Assembly: GCA_025361335.1 (NCBI GenBank)
Contig: JANYAK010000038.1
Span: 17,047-81,046, forward strand
Origin: Coriobacteriia bacterium
GTDB taxonomy: Bacteria; Actinomycetota; Coriobacteriia; Anaerosomatales; PALSA-660
Direction of reading: 5' to 3'
Length of the DNA: 64,000 bases
The position numbers and the translations under genes were made by a program. Below are positions 32,364 to 44,278 of the stretch, piece by piece. The notes beneath the pieces are model-generated. The model saw nothing but the letters and a program-made list of their open reading frames with translations, was not told where the DNA came from and ran no database searches. Numbering within the stretch: the first letter of the stretch is position 1; each line of letters starts with the position of its first letter.

Positions 32364-32496
32364 TTACGTGATGGCACGCAGAGTATGCCCACCCGGCCCA
32401 GAGGCCAAACACGCGACGGCGTGCGAAGGAAGGGCTCTCCGGGTCGCTCAGGGCGGGGCCCACCATCGCAGGCATGGGGCCTCCGCGAGAGACACC

Positions 32497-32525
32497 TTTA
32501 CACTTCGCCCGCCGCTCGGTAATGT
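32497..32525 (+). promoter_or_regulatory. Putative sigma70 promoter of the ferredoxin gene
   Basis: TTTACA-N17-TAATGT upstream of the AAGGAG RBS. Confidence 0.5.
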
Positions 32526-32561
32526 ACGCGCGACAATCGGTCCGGTGTCGAAGGAGAGACC

Positions 32562-32750
32562 ATGCCCCGACCCATCATCAACGAGGACGAATGCTCCGGC
32601 TGTGGCATCTGTGTCGACGCATGCCCCGAGAAGGTCCTCGAACTCGTGAACGACAAGGCGGAGCCCGTGAACGAGGACGACTGCACGGCCTGCGCGACCT
32701 GCATGGAGGAGTGCCCGATGGGCGCGATCGAGGAGATCGAGGAGGACTAG
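32562..32750 (+). CDS. 2x[4Fe-4S] ferredoxin
   Basis: CxxCxxCxxxCP motif twice; acidic 62-aa protein with strong RBS. Confidence 0.95.
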   Translation: MPRPIINEDECSGCGICVDACPEKVLELVNDKAEPVNEDDCTACATCMEECPMGAIEEIEED

Positions 32751-33292
32751 CCCTTCGCGAGCGCCTTCATCTGCGCCCACACACGCGCCTTCGCGCGGTC
32801 GTCGCCAAGGGAGGCTTCGAGGCCTCCCACCGCACCGAAGACGCGCCCACGCTCCACCGCCGGCACGCCTGGGCGCAGGGCTCTTGCGCCGAACGCGGAA
32901 GCGAGGTCTTGGGCGGCCTCCGCGTCCAACGCGACGACGAGGCGAGGATCGACCGCCTCCACTGTCGCCTCCAGCCTGCGGGCCCGATCCGCGGGAGCCA
33001 CGCCGGGGCGCGGTCTTGAGCACATGGACCAGACTGCGTCGCCCTCGAAGCCGAGGGCTTCAAGAGCCAGACGGAGGGCGTCGCCATCCGCTCCAGCCAG
33101 CGCTCGACGGGAGGTCATGTCGGCCGGCCCAGGCTCGCCCTTGACCACGAGGACCTCACCCGTGGGATCGCCGGCGCCCGCGACCGTCGCGGAGCCCGCG
33201 GCCATCGCGTCGGCCAGGCGGATCTCCGCGCGGGCCTTCGCCTCGAAGATCCTTGTCAGGCGGTCGGCCGCCGCATCGGGCTCGGGGTTCAC
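32747..33292 (-). CDS. Degenerate uracil-DNA-glycosylase-fold protein
   Basis: G.GDP..EVLVVKGEPG, G.DG.AL..AL, VEAVDPRLVVALD, KARVWAQMKAL. GTG start overlaps the epimerase stop. Confidence 0.65.
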   Translation of the reverse strand: MNPEPDAAADRLTRIFEAKARAEIRLADAMAAGSATVAGAGDPTGEVLVVKGEPGPADMTSRRALAGADGDALRLALEALGFEGDAVWSMCSRPRPGVAPADRARRLEATVEAVDPRLVVALDAEAAQDLASAFGARALRPGVPAVERGRVFGAVGGLEASLGDDRAKARVWAQMKALAKG

Positions 33293-34233
33293 CGCAGTGC
33301 GTGCTCGAACCAGCGCCACGTGATCGCCAGACCGTCCTCGAGAGGTTGCCGGGCCGTCCAGCCGAACGAATCGCGCGCCTTGGAGGGGTCGAGCGCACTC
33401 CGCTCGATATCGCCCGCGCGCGCGGGCACGTGCTCGAACTCCTTCATGACGCGCGACGCAGCCCGCAGGATCCCCGCCACCTCTTCGACCTGGCGCTGGA
33501 CGCCCGTGGAGATGTTGTACGACGAACCATCGGGGAGCGGTCCGGCCAGAGGGTGGGTGGAGTCGAGTGCGCCGACGATCGCCGCGACGATATCGCCGAC
33601 GTAGATGAAGTCGCGGGTCTGCCGGCCGCTGCCGTAGATCCGGGGGCGTTCTCCAGCGGCCAGCGCGGCTGCGAAGATCGCCACGACCCCACCTTCGCCC
33701 CGCCAGTCCTGGCGCGGGCCGTACACATTGGAGAAGCGGAACGACGCATGGTCCGTGCCGGTCCCCGCAAGTACCTCGGCGATGGCGGTCTCCGCTGCCA
33801 GCTTCGAGATGCCGTACGGATTCGCTGGCGCCTTCGGCGATGTCTCCCTCAGGGGCAGTTCGGCAGGCTCCCCGTAGACCGCGGCGGAGGACGCCGAGAT
33901 CACTCGCGTCGCCCCGGCCGCCACGGCGGCGAGCGCGACCGCCCGCGTGCCATCCACGTTGACCGCCCTGTCCCGGTCGGGGTCGGCGATGGAGGACTGG
34001 ACGTCGGCTTGAGCCGCGAGATGGACGACCGACTCCGGGGCGAACTCGGCGATAGCCTCGGTCAGAGCCGGATCCAGAATGTCGAGGCGCCGGAACCACG
34101 CCGCCGGATGGAGGTTCTCCAGCTTCCCGGTCGACAGGTCGTCGATGACGCCCACGTCGTGTCGCGCGGCCGCGAGCGAGTGCACCAGACTGCTGCCGAT
34201 GAAGCCCGCGCCACCGGTGATCAGGACCCGCAT
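33289..34233 (-). CDS. NAD-dependent epimerase/dehydratase (GalE-like)
   Basis: TGGAGFIG, HLAAQ, SSAAVYG, YGISK, NVYGPRQ. Confidence 0.93.
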   Translation of the reverse strand: MRVLITGGAGFIGSSLVHSLAAARHDVGVIDDLSTGKLENLHPAAWFRRLDILDPALTEAIAEFAPESVVHLAAQADVQSSIADPDRDRAVNVDGTRAVALAAVAAGATRVISASSAAVYGEPAELPLRETSPKAPANPYGISKLAAETAIAEVLAGTGTDHASFRFSNVYGPRQDWRGEGGVVAIFAAALAAGERPRIYGSGRQTRDFIYVGDIVAAIVGALDSTHPLAGPLPDGSSYNISTGVQRQVEEVAGILRAASRVMKEFEHVPARAGDIERSALDPSKARDSFGWTARQPLEDGLAITWRWFEHALR

Positions 34234-34308
34234 GCGACCTCTTCTCGTTGGGGCGGCTCGCCCAGCGATGGTATCACCCGCGTGGACTCACCAAGGCGCC
34301 GCGCCACC

Positions 34309-36699
<2,391 letters not shown>

Positions 36700-36809
36700 C
36701 GGCGGCTTCCCTCGGCTTTGCGGTACTCTGCTGTCTGTGTGTTCGATATAGTACCCCGTCGCCCCTGCGCGCTCTCGACGCTGGGGGCCGTCCCCCTCGG
36801 AAGTCCGCC

Positions 36810-38720
36810 GTGCCGAGCCCCATCACCACACGCAACCCTGTCGTCTCCCTCGCGATCGCCGCGTCGCTCGCGGTATGTCTGCTGACCGCCTCGTCCGCCT
36901 CGGGCGCTCCGGCACCGGGGGGCGCGCCCCTCGTCACCATGGCGCACGCGGGCGTGCAGTCGACGGCGAGCACCGGTCTGGACGTCAGCGTCTCCGTGAC
37001 ACTGCGGCGCCCCGCCTCCCGATTGGGCATCCGCCTGCGAGTCTTGTCGGCGGACGGGTCGATCCTGATCCAGGAGAACCAGACCCGAGGGCGCCTCGAC
37101 GCCGCGACCTATGTGCTGGGCTTCACTCGCCAGCTGAGGGCCAAGGAGCTGCGGGAGGGGCGCGACCGTCTGGAGGTCCAGGTGACGGTTCCCGGGCAGC
37201 CTTCGGTCAGCGTCACCGAGCCGCTCTACGTTGCCGACCCGTCTCGGGCACCGATCCGGCTCGCGGTCGTCGTGCGAGCGACCGAAGCCCCGGCCACCGA
37301 TCCCGACGGGAAGCGATCGGCTGAGACGACGGAGGCCGCGTCCCTGCGGGCCGAGGCGGGGGCGCTGATGCGAGCGAGCGCCGCAGCCCCCGAGTATCGG
37401 CTCACGTTCGCGCTCCCCCCGTTCCTTCTCGACCAATGGGGTCTGGCCGGCACCGGGATACCGACCGGCCTGCCCCTGCTGCGCATCCCGTACGCCGACC
37501 CCGATGTGTCAGGCCTGGAGGCCATCGGCGCACTCGGCGATCTTGGCAGCCAGCTGGAGCGCACGTCCCTCGCGACGAGCGACACGCCCGCCTCTCGCGT
37601 CAGCACCGGGGCCGTGGTGGCGGGCGACAGTGTGTCCATGCGCGTGGCGCGGACCTTGAGCTCACATGGGATCGCCTACGCGCTCGTGTCTCCCGATGCG
37701 GTCTCCGCCACCGCGTCGGGACGCGAGACCACCGCCACCCCCGGCGTCCATGCGGTGATGGATACCACCCTGACGGCCCTGGTGATCGACTCCAGGGTCA
37801 CCTCGTTGCTGACCGCCGCGTCGACGGACCCCTTGGGGGACATCGTGGGGCTGTTGGACCACCTCTTCAGTCGTCTCACGGCCAAGACCACGAAGGGCCA
37901 ACCCTCGGTGGCTGTCATAACGCTGGGGGCCGGCTCGCCCGCGACGGCCACCGGCCTGGAAGCCGCGCTGGCCGCGCTGTCGCGCGTCCCGTGGGTGCGG
38001 CTGACCGGCGCGGCCGAGGCCGCGGCCATGACGAGAACCGATACCGTCTCCCTGCCGTCCCGGTCGCGCACCGGACCCCCCGCCCCCGCCGGATACTGGG
38101 ACGCCGTTTCCAAGGCGCGGTCGGGGATGCTCGCCCTTCGCGCCGCCACGGGCGCCGGCGATACCGATGTGCTCGCCTCCGCGAACGACGTGATGTTCGC
38201 GGAGAGCAGGTCCTGGGCGGGGGGCGACGGTGGCTGGGCGCTCGCCGACCGGGGACTGGCGTTCGCGGCGTCAGCCACGAAGCGGGCCTCCTCGGTGCTC
38301 TCAGCCGTGTCGCTCGCCGTCCCCGCCGTGACCTTGTCCGGCAACTCCGGCAAGGTGCCCGTGAGTGTCACGAACCGGTCGGAGAAGGAGCTGCGTCTGT
38401 CGCTGCACGTGCGTTCGGCGTCCGTGCTGCTGCCCGGCGGGCCTCGGATCGACGTCGTCGTCCGCCCGGGCGAGAACATCCTGTCCGTGCCGGTCGATCT
38501 GCGAGAAGCGCTCAAGGGTAGCCTGCTGCTCGACCTGTATGCGGGCGCGTCACCCATCGCCTCGACGACGTGCGTGGTGCGCGCGTCCTACATAGACAGG
38601 CTCGGCATGCTCGGCGGTGTGGTACTGGTCTTGCTGATACTGCTCTGGTTCGTGCGCACACGAGGGAGTGCCGCCGCCCGGCTTCGCGGTGATCCTGAGC
38701 CCGGCACGGACCGTCCCTAA
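36810..38720 (+). CDS. Secreted, C-terminally anchored DUF6049-like protein
   Basis: N-terminal signal peptide, LPY-like [18 protein letters not shown]-terminal TM; typical actinobacterial position upstream of trxB. Confidence 0.65.
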   Translation: MPSPITTRNPVVSLAIAASLAVCLLTASSASGAPAPGGAPLVTMAHAGVQSTASTGLDVSVSVTLRRPASRLGIRLRVLSADGSILIQENQTRGRLDAATYVLGFTRQLRAKELREGRDRLEVQVTVPGQPSVSVTEPLYVADPSRAPIRLAVVVRATEAPATDPDGKRSAETTEAASLRAEAGALMRASAAAPEYRLTFALPPFLLDQWGLAGTGIPTGLPLLRIPYADPDVSGLEAIGALGDLGSQLERTSLATSDTPASRVSTGAVVAGDSVSMRVARTLSSHGIAYALVSPDAVSATASGRETTATPGVHAVMDTTLTALVIDSRVTSLLTAASTDPLGDIVGLLDHLFSRLTAKTTKGQPSVAVITLGAGSPATATGLEAALAALSRVPWVRLTGAAEAAAMTRTDTVSLPSRSRTGPPAPAGYWDAVSKARSGMLALRAATGAGDTDVLASANDVMFAESRSWAGGDGGWALADRGLAFAASATKRASSVLSAVSLAVPAVTLSGNSGKVPVSVTNRSEKELRLSLHVRSASVLLPGGPRIDVVVRPGENILSVPVDLREALKGSLLLDLYAGASPIASTTCVVRASYIDRLGMLGGVVLVLLILLWFVRTRGSAAARLRGDPEPGTDRP

Positions 38721-38736
38721 ACAGCGGGAGGCCGCA

Positions 38737-39099
38737 TTGGGCAAGTGGATGGTACGAGCGGCGTTGCTGCTTCTTCTCGCGACGGTCGTGAACGACGGCG
38801 GACGATACCTCGCCGCCCTCTACCGGATAGACGACGTGACCCGGAACATGGCGTTCGCCGCCGCTGTGATGGCGAAGGGTCGGCCTGGAGCCGACACCGG
38901 CTGGCCCGCCGTCGCCACACTCGCGCAGGATAGCGGCGTCGAGGTGACCGGCTATCGGCAGACGGGGAACACCGTGGTCGTGACGACCCGCGCGCAGGTT
39001 CCCGGGACGTGGCTGGCCGGCCCCATCCTCGCGTGGGTCACCCACCAGCCGACGCAGGCGCCGCTCACCATCACCCAAGAAGCGAGTTCCAAGTCCTAG
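38737..39099 (+). CDS. Hypothetical N-terminally anchored protein (TadE/pilin-like layout)
   Basis: GGGAGG RBS and TTG start; hydrophobic N-helix followed by ..DGG.. and a short beta-rich domain. Confidence 0.5.
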   Translation: MGKWMVRAALLLLLATVVNDGGRYLAALYRIDDVTRNMAFAAAVMAKGRPGADTGWPAVATLAQDSGVEVTGYRQTGNTVVVTTRAQVPGTWLAGPILAWVTHQPTQAPLTITQEASSKS

Positions 39100-39124
39100 C
39101 GAGCGGGCCAAGCGGTATACACTT

Positions 39125-40300
39125 GTGAAGCGCCGCGGCGAGATCCCTCCCGCTGGCGCTCCGAATCTGAACGAAACGAGGCCCTTCGTGCGCACCGTCG
39201 TACTGGACACGAACGTGTTGCTGTCCAACCCGGACGCCATCGCCGACTTCCCCGATGCGGAAGTCATCATCCCCGACACGGTCCTGTCGGAGATAGACAA
39301 GCTCAAGACCGCGCGCGTCGATGCGGAACTGAAGTTCAAGGGACGACAGATCAGCCGCCTCCTGTTCGATCTGTCCGAGAAGGGCGCGCTGCAAGACGGC
39401 GTCGATCTTCCCACGGGGGGCCGCCTGCGCGTGGTGTCGCTGCGCAACGAGGGCAGCTTCCCCGAAGGCCTGAGCCCACGCAACGCCGACGACCGCATCC
39501 TTGCCATAGCCATCCAGTCGTGCGCGGAGGGATGTGATCGGCTCACCCTCGTCACGAACGATCTCAACATGCTGCTCAAAGCGCAGACCTACGGCGTGGA
39601 GGTCGAGCGGATCGAGGGCGTCGACAGTTTCACCCGGCGGTTCATCGTGCGGCCGTTCCAACGCTACCGGATCCCGCTCACGATCCTCGCGGTCGCCCTC
39701 GCGGTGTTCGCCGCGATCATCTACCTCGTGACGTTCAGCCCGTTCGCCCTCGGCCGCCAGACCGGGGGCGTCGGCTCCCTGCCGACCGAGTTCGTCGATC
39801 AGCTGTCCGTCGACCAGCAGCAGGTCCTGACGTACCTGTACAAGCTGGAGGCCAACCCCTCCGACCTCGCGACGACCCGGGCCCTGGCGATCCTCTACGA
39901 CAGCATGTCGCAGCAGAACATCACCTACCTCCCCTACGCCATCAACCAGTACGAGGCATCCCTCAAGCTGGCGCCGGACGACCCCGACCTTCGCACCGAC
40001 CTCGCGACCGCATACTACCGAGCGGGTAAGGCTGACCCGGCCATGAAGGAGATCTCGCAGGTCCTTCGCAAGAATCCGAGCCACATCAACGCGAACTTCA
40101 ACCTGGGGATCTTCTACCTCAACGCGAAGCCCAAGCAGTACCAGAAAGCGGCGAACCAGTTCAGCCGGGTCATCCGGCTCACCGAGAACAGTCCCAGCAT
40201 GATAGACACCCTCAGCCGCGCCCGGTCGATGCTCGACAGCGTCGTCAAAGACGCCGCTGCCGCCGGGGATCCGATCTCGCTCAACGGAGGGACCCTGTGA
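39125..40300 (+). CDS. PIN domain (PhoH2-type) - transmembrane helix - TPR protein
   Basis: VVLDTNVLL, VLSEIDKLK, NADDRIL, LVTNDLNM; TM IPLTILAVALAVFAAIIYLVTF; TPR-like helices. Confidence 0.85.
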   Translation: MKRRGEIPPAGAPNLNETRPFVRTVVLDTNVLLSNPDAIADFPDAEVIIPDTVLSEIDKLKTARVDAELKFKGRQISRLLFDLSEKGALQDGVDLPTGGRLRVVSLRNEGSFPEGLSPRNADDRILAIAIQSCAEGCDRLTLVTNDLNMLLKAQTYGVEVERIEGVDSFTRRFIVRPFQRYRIPLTILAVALAVFAAIIYLVTFSPFALGRQTGGVGSLPTEFVDQLSVDQQQVLTYLYKLEANPSDLATTRALAILYDSMSQQNITYLPYAINQYEASLKLAPDDPDLRTDLATAYYRAGKADPAMKEISQVLRKNPSHINANFNLGIFYLNAKPKQYQKAANQFSRVIRLTENSPSMIDTLSRARSMLDSVVKDAAAAGDPISLNGGTL

Positions 40301-41238
40301 CCGACGTCCTCGACATCGCCATCATCGGCGGAGGCCCGGCCGGATTGGCGGCCGCGCTCTACGGCGCGCGCGGCCGTGCGACGACGGTGGTCTTCGAGAG
40401 TTCCATGCCGGGCGGGCAGATCATCACCACCGACTGGATCGAGAACTATCCGGGCATGCCGGAGGGGCTCAACGGGTCGCGCATCGGTGAGCTCATGCAC
40501 GCCCACGCCGAGAAGTTCGGCGCGCAGTTCCGCACGTTCGCCAAGGTCGAGTCCATCCGGGCGCAGGATGGCGGCTTCGTCCTCACCTGCGATGACGGCG
40601 AGGAGTACCGCGCCCGCACGACGATCCTGGCGACCGGGGCGATCCCGGTCAGGCTGGGCATCCCGGGTGAGGCGGAGTACACGGGCCGAGGTGTCTCGTG
40701 GTGCGCCACGTGCGACGGCGCGCTGTTCCGGGGCAAGGAAGTCGCGGTGCTTGGCGGAGGGGACGCTGCCGTCGAGGAGGCGCTGTTCCTCACCCGATTC
40801 GCCGAGCGGGTCCATCTGATCCACCGCCGCGACGAGCTGCGGGCGGCCAAGTGCATCCAGGAGAGGTGCTTCGCCAACGACAAGGTGGAGATGCACTGGA
40901 GCCGCTTGCCCGTCGAGATCATTGGGCATGAGGGGAGAGTCACCGGCGTGCGGCTGCAGTCCACGAAGGACGAGGCGGAGGAGGTACTCCCGGTGCAGGG
41001 CGTGTTCGAGTTCATCGGCGTCCATCCCGTGAGCGAGCTCGTGAGCGGACTGGCCGATCTCGCACCGGGCGGATGGGTGAAGGTCGACGGGTCCTGCATG
41101 ACCTCGGCGCCGGGACTGTTCGCCGCCGGCGACGTGACCGACACGCCGCTCAAGCAGGTCGTCACCGCGGCCGGGCAGGGCGCGACCGCCGCGTTCGAAG
41201 CGATGCGTTTCGTCGATACCGGTGTCTGTACGTTGTAG
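40297..41238 (+). CDS. trxB: Thioredoxin reductase
   Basis: [33 protein letters not shown]. Confidence 0.97.
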   Translation: MTDVLDIAIIGGGPAGLAAALYGARGRATTVVFESSMPGGQIITTDWIENYPGMPEGLNGSRIGELMHAHAEKFGAQFRTFAKVESIRAQDGGFVLTCDDGEEYRARTTILATGAIPVRLGIPGEAEYTGRGVSWCATCDGALFRGKEVAVLGGGDAAVEEALFLTRFAERVHLIHRRDELRAAKCIQERCFANDKVEMHWSRLPVEIIGHEGRVTGVRLQSTKDEAEEVLPVQGVFEFIGVHPVSELVSGLADLAPGGWVKVDGSCMTSAPGLFAAGDVTDTPLKQVVTAAGQGATAAFEAMRFVDTGVCTL

Positions 41239-41285
41239 AATGCGTTGGCGCGCAGGCGATTGCGCACCCGATGAGAGGGGCTCTC

Positions 41286-41615
41286 GTGAGCGAGAATCTG
41301 GTCCATATCACGGATGACGGCTTCGAGGAGTCGGTCACACGCAGCAGCCTGCCGGTCGTTCTGGACTTCTGGGCGCCCTGGTGCGGGCCGTGCCGGATGA
41401 TGGAGCCCGTGCTCGACGAGCTCGCCTCCGAGTACGCGGGCAAGGTGGTCGTCGGCAAGCTCAACGTCGACGAGAATCCCAAGACCGCCATGGCCTACGA
41501 CATCCTGTCCATCCCGACCTTGCTGGTGTTCTCCGGCGGCGCGGTCGTCAAGAAGCTGGTGGGCGCGATGCCCAAGAAGCGGCTTGTCGAGGAACTCGCT
41601 CCTTGGGTCGGATAG
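41286..41615 (+). CDS. trxA: Thioredoxin
   Basis: [19 protein letters not shown] start inferred. Confidence 0.97.
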   Translation: MSENLVHITDDGFEESVTRSSLPVVLDFWAPWCGPCRMMEPVLDELASEYAGKVVVGKLNVDENPKTAMAYDILSIPTLLVFSGGAVVKKLVGAMPKKRLVEELAPWVG

Positions 41616-41645
41616 TCCCTGACACCACCGGCGAAAGGCGCTGCC

Positions 41646-41891
41646 ATGTGTGAGAGCGGCATCAATGCGGAGCAGCTGCGGGTCTCCATCGGCCACACAG
41701 AGGAGGCCATCGGGATGGCGCAGAAGTGGCTTGAGGATCTGCACCACCTCGCGGACCACGGGAAGCAGCATGACGCGAGTGCTCAGCTGGCACAGGTGAC
41801 CGTCATGTTGGGCGAAGCACGGGTGAAGCTCGAGAAGGCCGCCGACGCGCTCGGCGGGGGCAGCCCGGACGTGACGGTCGAGCTGGTCTGA
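41646..41891 (+). CDS. Small hypothetical helical protein
   Basis: 81-aa ORF with AAAGG RBS and coding-like GC3, followed by a hairpin. Confidence 0.65.
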   Translation: MCESGINAEQLRVSIGHTEEAIGMAQKWLEDLHHLADHGKQHDASAQLAQVTVMLGEARVKLEKAADALGGGSPDVTVELV

Positions 41892-41920
41892 GCGCCCCGC
41901 TCACGGCGACACTGACGAAC

Positions 41921-41960
41921 ACACGCCCGGCCACCCCTTGACGGGGAGGCCGGGCGTGTT
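41921..41960 (+). terminator. Hairpin/terminator after the trx operon
   Basis: ACACGCCCGGCC...CCCC-TTGAC-GGGG...GGCCGGGCGTGT. Confidence 0.55.
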
Positions 41961-41983
41961 ACATTCTTGCCGTTTCGTGTTAC
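41956..41983 (+). promoter_or_regulatory. Candidate NikR operator (direct repeat GTGTTAC-N14-GTGTTAC)
   Basis: Perfect 7-mer direct repeat with a 21-bp period, 20 nt upstream of nikR, overlapping a possible -10 TACATT. Confidence 0.55.
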
Positions 41984-42002
41984 GCAACGGCGGGAGTGGC
42001 CA

Positions 42003-42422
42003 GTGGGCAACCTTGTGCGGTTCAGCGTGGCGATGGATGAGGCGCTGCTCGACCGGTTCGACGGGATGGTCGCCCGCCGCGGGAGTGCGGTGAACCGTTC
42101 AGAGGCGGTCAGAGACCTCGTCCGCAGGGCGCTCGTCGAGGCCGAATGGGAAGCGTCCGACCAAGAGATCGTCGGGACGATCACGATGGTGTTCGACCAC
42201 CACGCCACCGACCTGTCCGACAAGCTCGACTCCCTTCAGCACGCGCACCACGAACGGATCATCTCGTCGATGCATGTGCATCTGGACGCGCACAACTGCC
42301 TGGAAGTCATCGTGGTGAGGGGGACGAGCGCGGAGGTGCGCTCGATCGCCGACGCCCTTCTGGGGACCAAGGGCGTCAAACACGGGAAACTCGTGCCCAC
42401 CACCACCGGACGCCACCTCTAG
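42003..42422 (+). CDS. nikR: Nickel-responsive regulator NikR
   Basis: RFSVAM ribbon-helix-helix, [20 protein letters not shown]. Confidence 0.96.
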   Translation: MGNLVRFSVAMDEALLDRFDGMVARRGSAVNRSEAVRDLVRRALVEAEWEASDQEIVGTITMVFDHHATDLSDKLDSLQHAHHERIISSMHVHLDAHNCLEVIVVRGTSAEVRSIADALLGTKGVKHGKLVPTTTGRHL

Positions 42423-42436
42423 GGAGCACGAGCGGA

Positions 42437-43369
42437 TTGCACATCCCCGACGGCATGCTGGACGCGAAGACGATGGCGGGTACCTGGGCCGTGGCGGCGA
42501 CGGGTCTCGGCATCGGCGTGCGGGCGGTGCGCACACGGATGACCGACGGCCGCTTGGTGCTCATGGCCGTGCTGGCCGCGCTCGTGTTCGCGCTGCAGAT
42601 GCTCAACTTCCCGGTCGCCGGAGGCACCTCGGGCCATTTCGCGGGGGGAGCGCTCGCCGCGGTCCTGCTGGGGCCGTGGCCGGCGATGATCGTCATGTCG
42701 GCCGTCTTGGTGGTGCAGGCCTTCTTCTTCGCGGATGGGGGCGTCATCTCACTTGGCGCGAACATCGTGAACATGGCGGTGGTCGCGCCTCTCGTCGGAT
42801 GGTGGGTCTACAGCCTGGCGGTGCGGATCAGCGACACACGGAGCGCCCGCATGGCTGGGGCGTTCGTCGCCGCCTGGGCCGCGTGCGTGGCCGCCGCGCT
42901 CGCGGCGGCGCTCATGCTGTGGGCGTCGGGCGCCGCACCGCTCCTCTTCCTCGCCGGAGCGATGACGTTCTGGCACGCGCTCATCGGAGTCGGGGAGGGT
43001 CTGGTCACCGCGGGGCTCGTGGGATATGTGTTCCGCCTGCGGCCCGACCTGATGCGTGCCGACACGGAGATCCTGCGGCCGCGGGGGCTCGCGCTCTCGC
43101 TGGGCGCGGTCGCTGTGGCGGCCACCGGCCTCTCCCTCCTCGCCTCACGGGCACCGGATGGCCTGGAGACCGTCGCGGGGACCCTCCCGTCGCTCGGCGG
43201 CGCGGGCACCGCGTCGAAGCTCAGCCCGATGGCCGGCTACATCGTCCCCGGTATCGCGAACGAGGCGCTGGTGGGCGTCCTCGCCGGACTCGTCGGCCTG
43301 ATCATCACCAGCGTCGCCGTGTACTTGGGGTTGCGCTCGCTCCGCTCGCGAAGAGCGGCCCGGGGATGA
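42437..43369 (+). CDS. nikM: ECF Ni/Co transporter substrate component fused to PDGLE domain (NikMN)
   Basis: TTG start gives MHIPDG; GGTSGH; C-terminal APDGLE. Confidence 0.88.
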   Translation: MHIPDGMLDAKTMAGTWAVAATGLGIGVRAVRTRMTDGRLVLMAVLAALVFALQMLNFPVAGGTSGHFAGGALAAVLLGPWPAMIVMSAVLVVQAFFFADGGVISLGANIVNMAVVAPLVGWWVYSLAVRISDTRSARMAGAFVAAWAACVAAALAAALMLWASGAAPLLFLAGAMTFWHALIGVGEGLVTAGLVGYVFRLRPDLMRADTEILRPRGLALSLGAVAVAATGLSLLASRAPDGLETVAGTLPSLGGAGTASKLSPMAGYIVPGIANEALVGVLAGLVGLIITSVAVYLGLRSLRSRRAARG

Positions 43370-44265
43370 GTGCGGATATCCGCCCCGGCGACGGGGCTCC
43401 CACCGCCACCCCGCCCGCGCCGGGCCTCCACCGCGACGCGCACGAGCACAACGGCGAGGTCCATCGTCACGTCCACCACCACCCCGAGAGGGCGGGACCG
43501 GGACACGATCACGGCCACGGGCAGGGGCTCGAGAGGCTCACATACCTTGTCTCTCCGATCCACGACCTGGACCCGAGGGCGAAGATCGTCGGCGCGATCG
43601 TGCTCATCCTCGCGATCGTCCTGTCCCCGCCGATGCGGGCGGCCGAGTTCATCGGGCTGTGGGCCCTCCTGCTGTCCGCGGCGGCGATCGGGCGCCTGCC
43701 GCTGCGCTGGGTGCTTGCGCGCGCGGCGGTGGTCCTTCCCGTGGCCGGCACGATCGCGCTGTTCGCTCCGCTCGCCCGCGGCGGCTCGCTTTCGGTCGGG
43801 GGGGTCGCCGGCGCCTATGCGGGTGGCGGCTGGGTAGCGGCGTGGGCGATACTCTCGAAGGCCTTCCTCGCGGTGACCGTCACGGTCGTGCTCTCGGGGA
43901 CAACGCCGACGTCGAAGATCATCCGCGGGCTCGAGTCCTTGCGGGTGCCCGACGTCTTCATCGCCCTGTTCTCCTTCCTCTACCGCTACACCGACGTCTT
44001 CCGCGCACAGCTGCGATCCCTGCGCACGGCGCTCGAGAGCCGCGCCCCTTCGATGCCGCGGGTCCGGCGCTGGAGGCTGTACGGCAATCTGGCGGGCAAC
44101 CTGTTCCTGCGCGCGTATGACCGCGGCGAGCGCATCCACCAGGCCATGCTGTGTCGCGGGTTCAGCGGCAGCCTCCCCACCGCCGACACGCTCGGCCTGT
44201 CCGCCGCGGACGCGCTCCTGATGCTGGTGGTCCTACTGGCCGCCGCGGCCGTCGCGCTCTACTGA
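43366..44265 (+). CDS. nikQ: ECF transmembrane component NikQ/CbiQ with His-rich N-terminus
   Basis: IHDLDPRAK, FLYRY, RAYDRGERIHQAM..RGF. Confidence 0.88.
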   Translation: MSADIRPGDGAPTATPPAPGLHRDAHEHNGEVHRHVHHHPERAGPGHDHGHGQGLERLTYLVSPIHDLDPRAKIVGAIVLILAIVLSPPMRAAEFIGLWALLLSAAAIGRLPLRWVLARAAVVLPVAGTIALFAPLARGGSLSVGGVAGAYAGGGWVAAWAILSKAFLAVTVTVVLSGTTPTSKIIRGLESLRVPDVFIALFSFLYRYTDVFRAQLRSLRTALESRAPSMPRVRRWRLYGNLAGNLFLRAYDRGERIHQAMLCRGFSGSLPTADTLGLSAADALLMLVVLLAAAAVALY

Positions 44266-44278
44266 AGAGAGGTCCACC

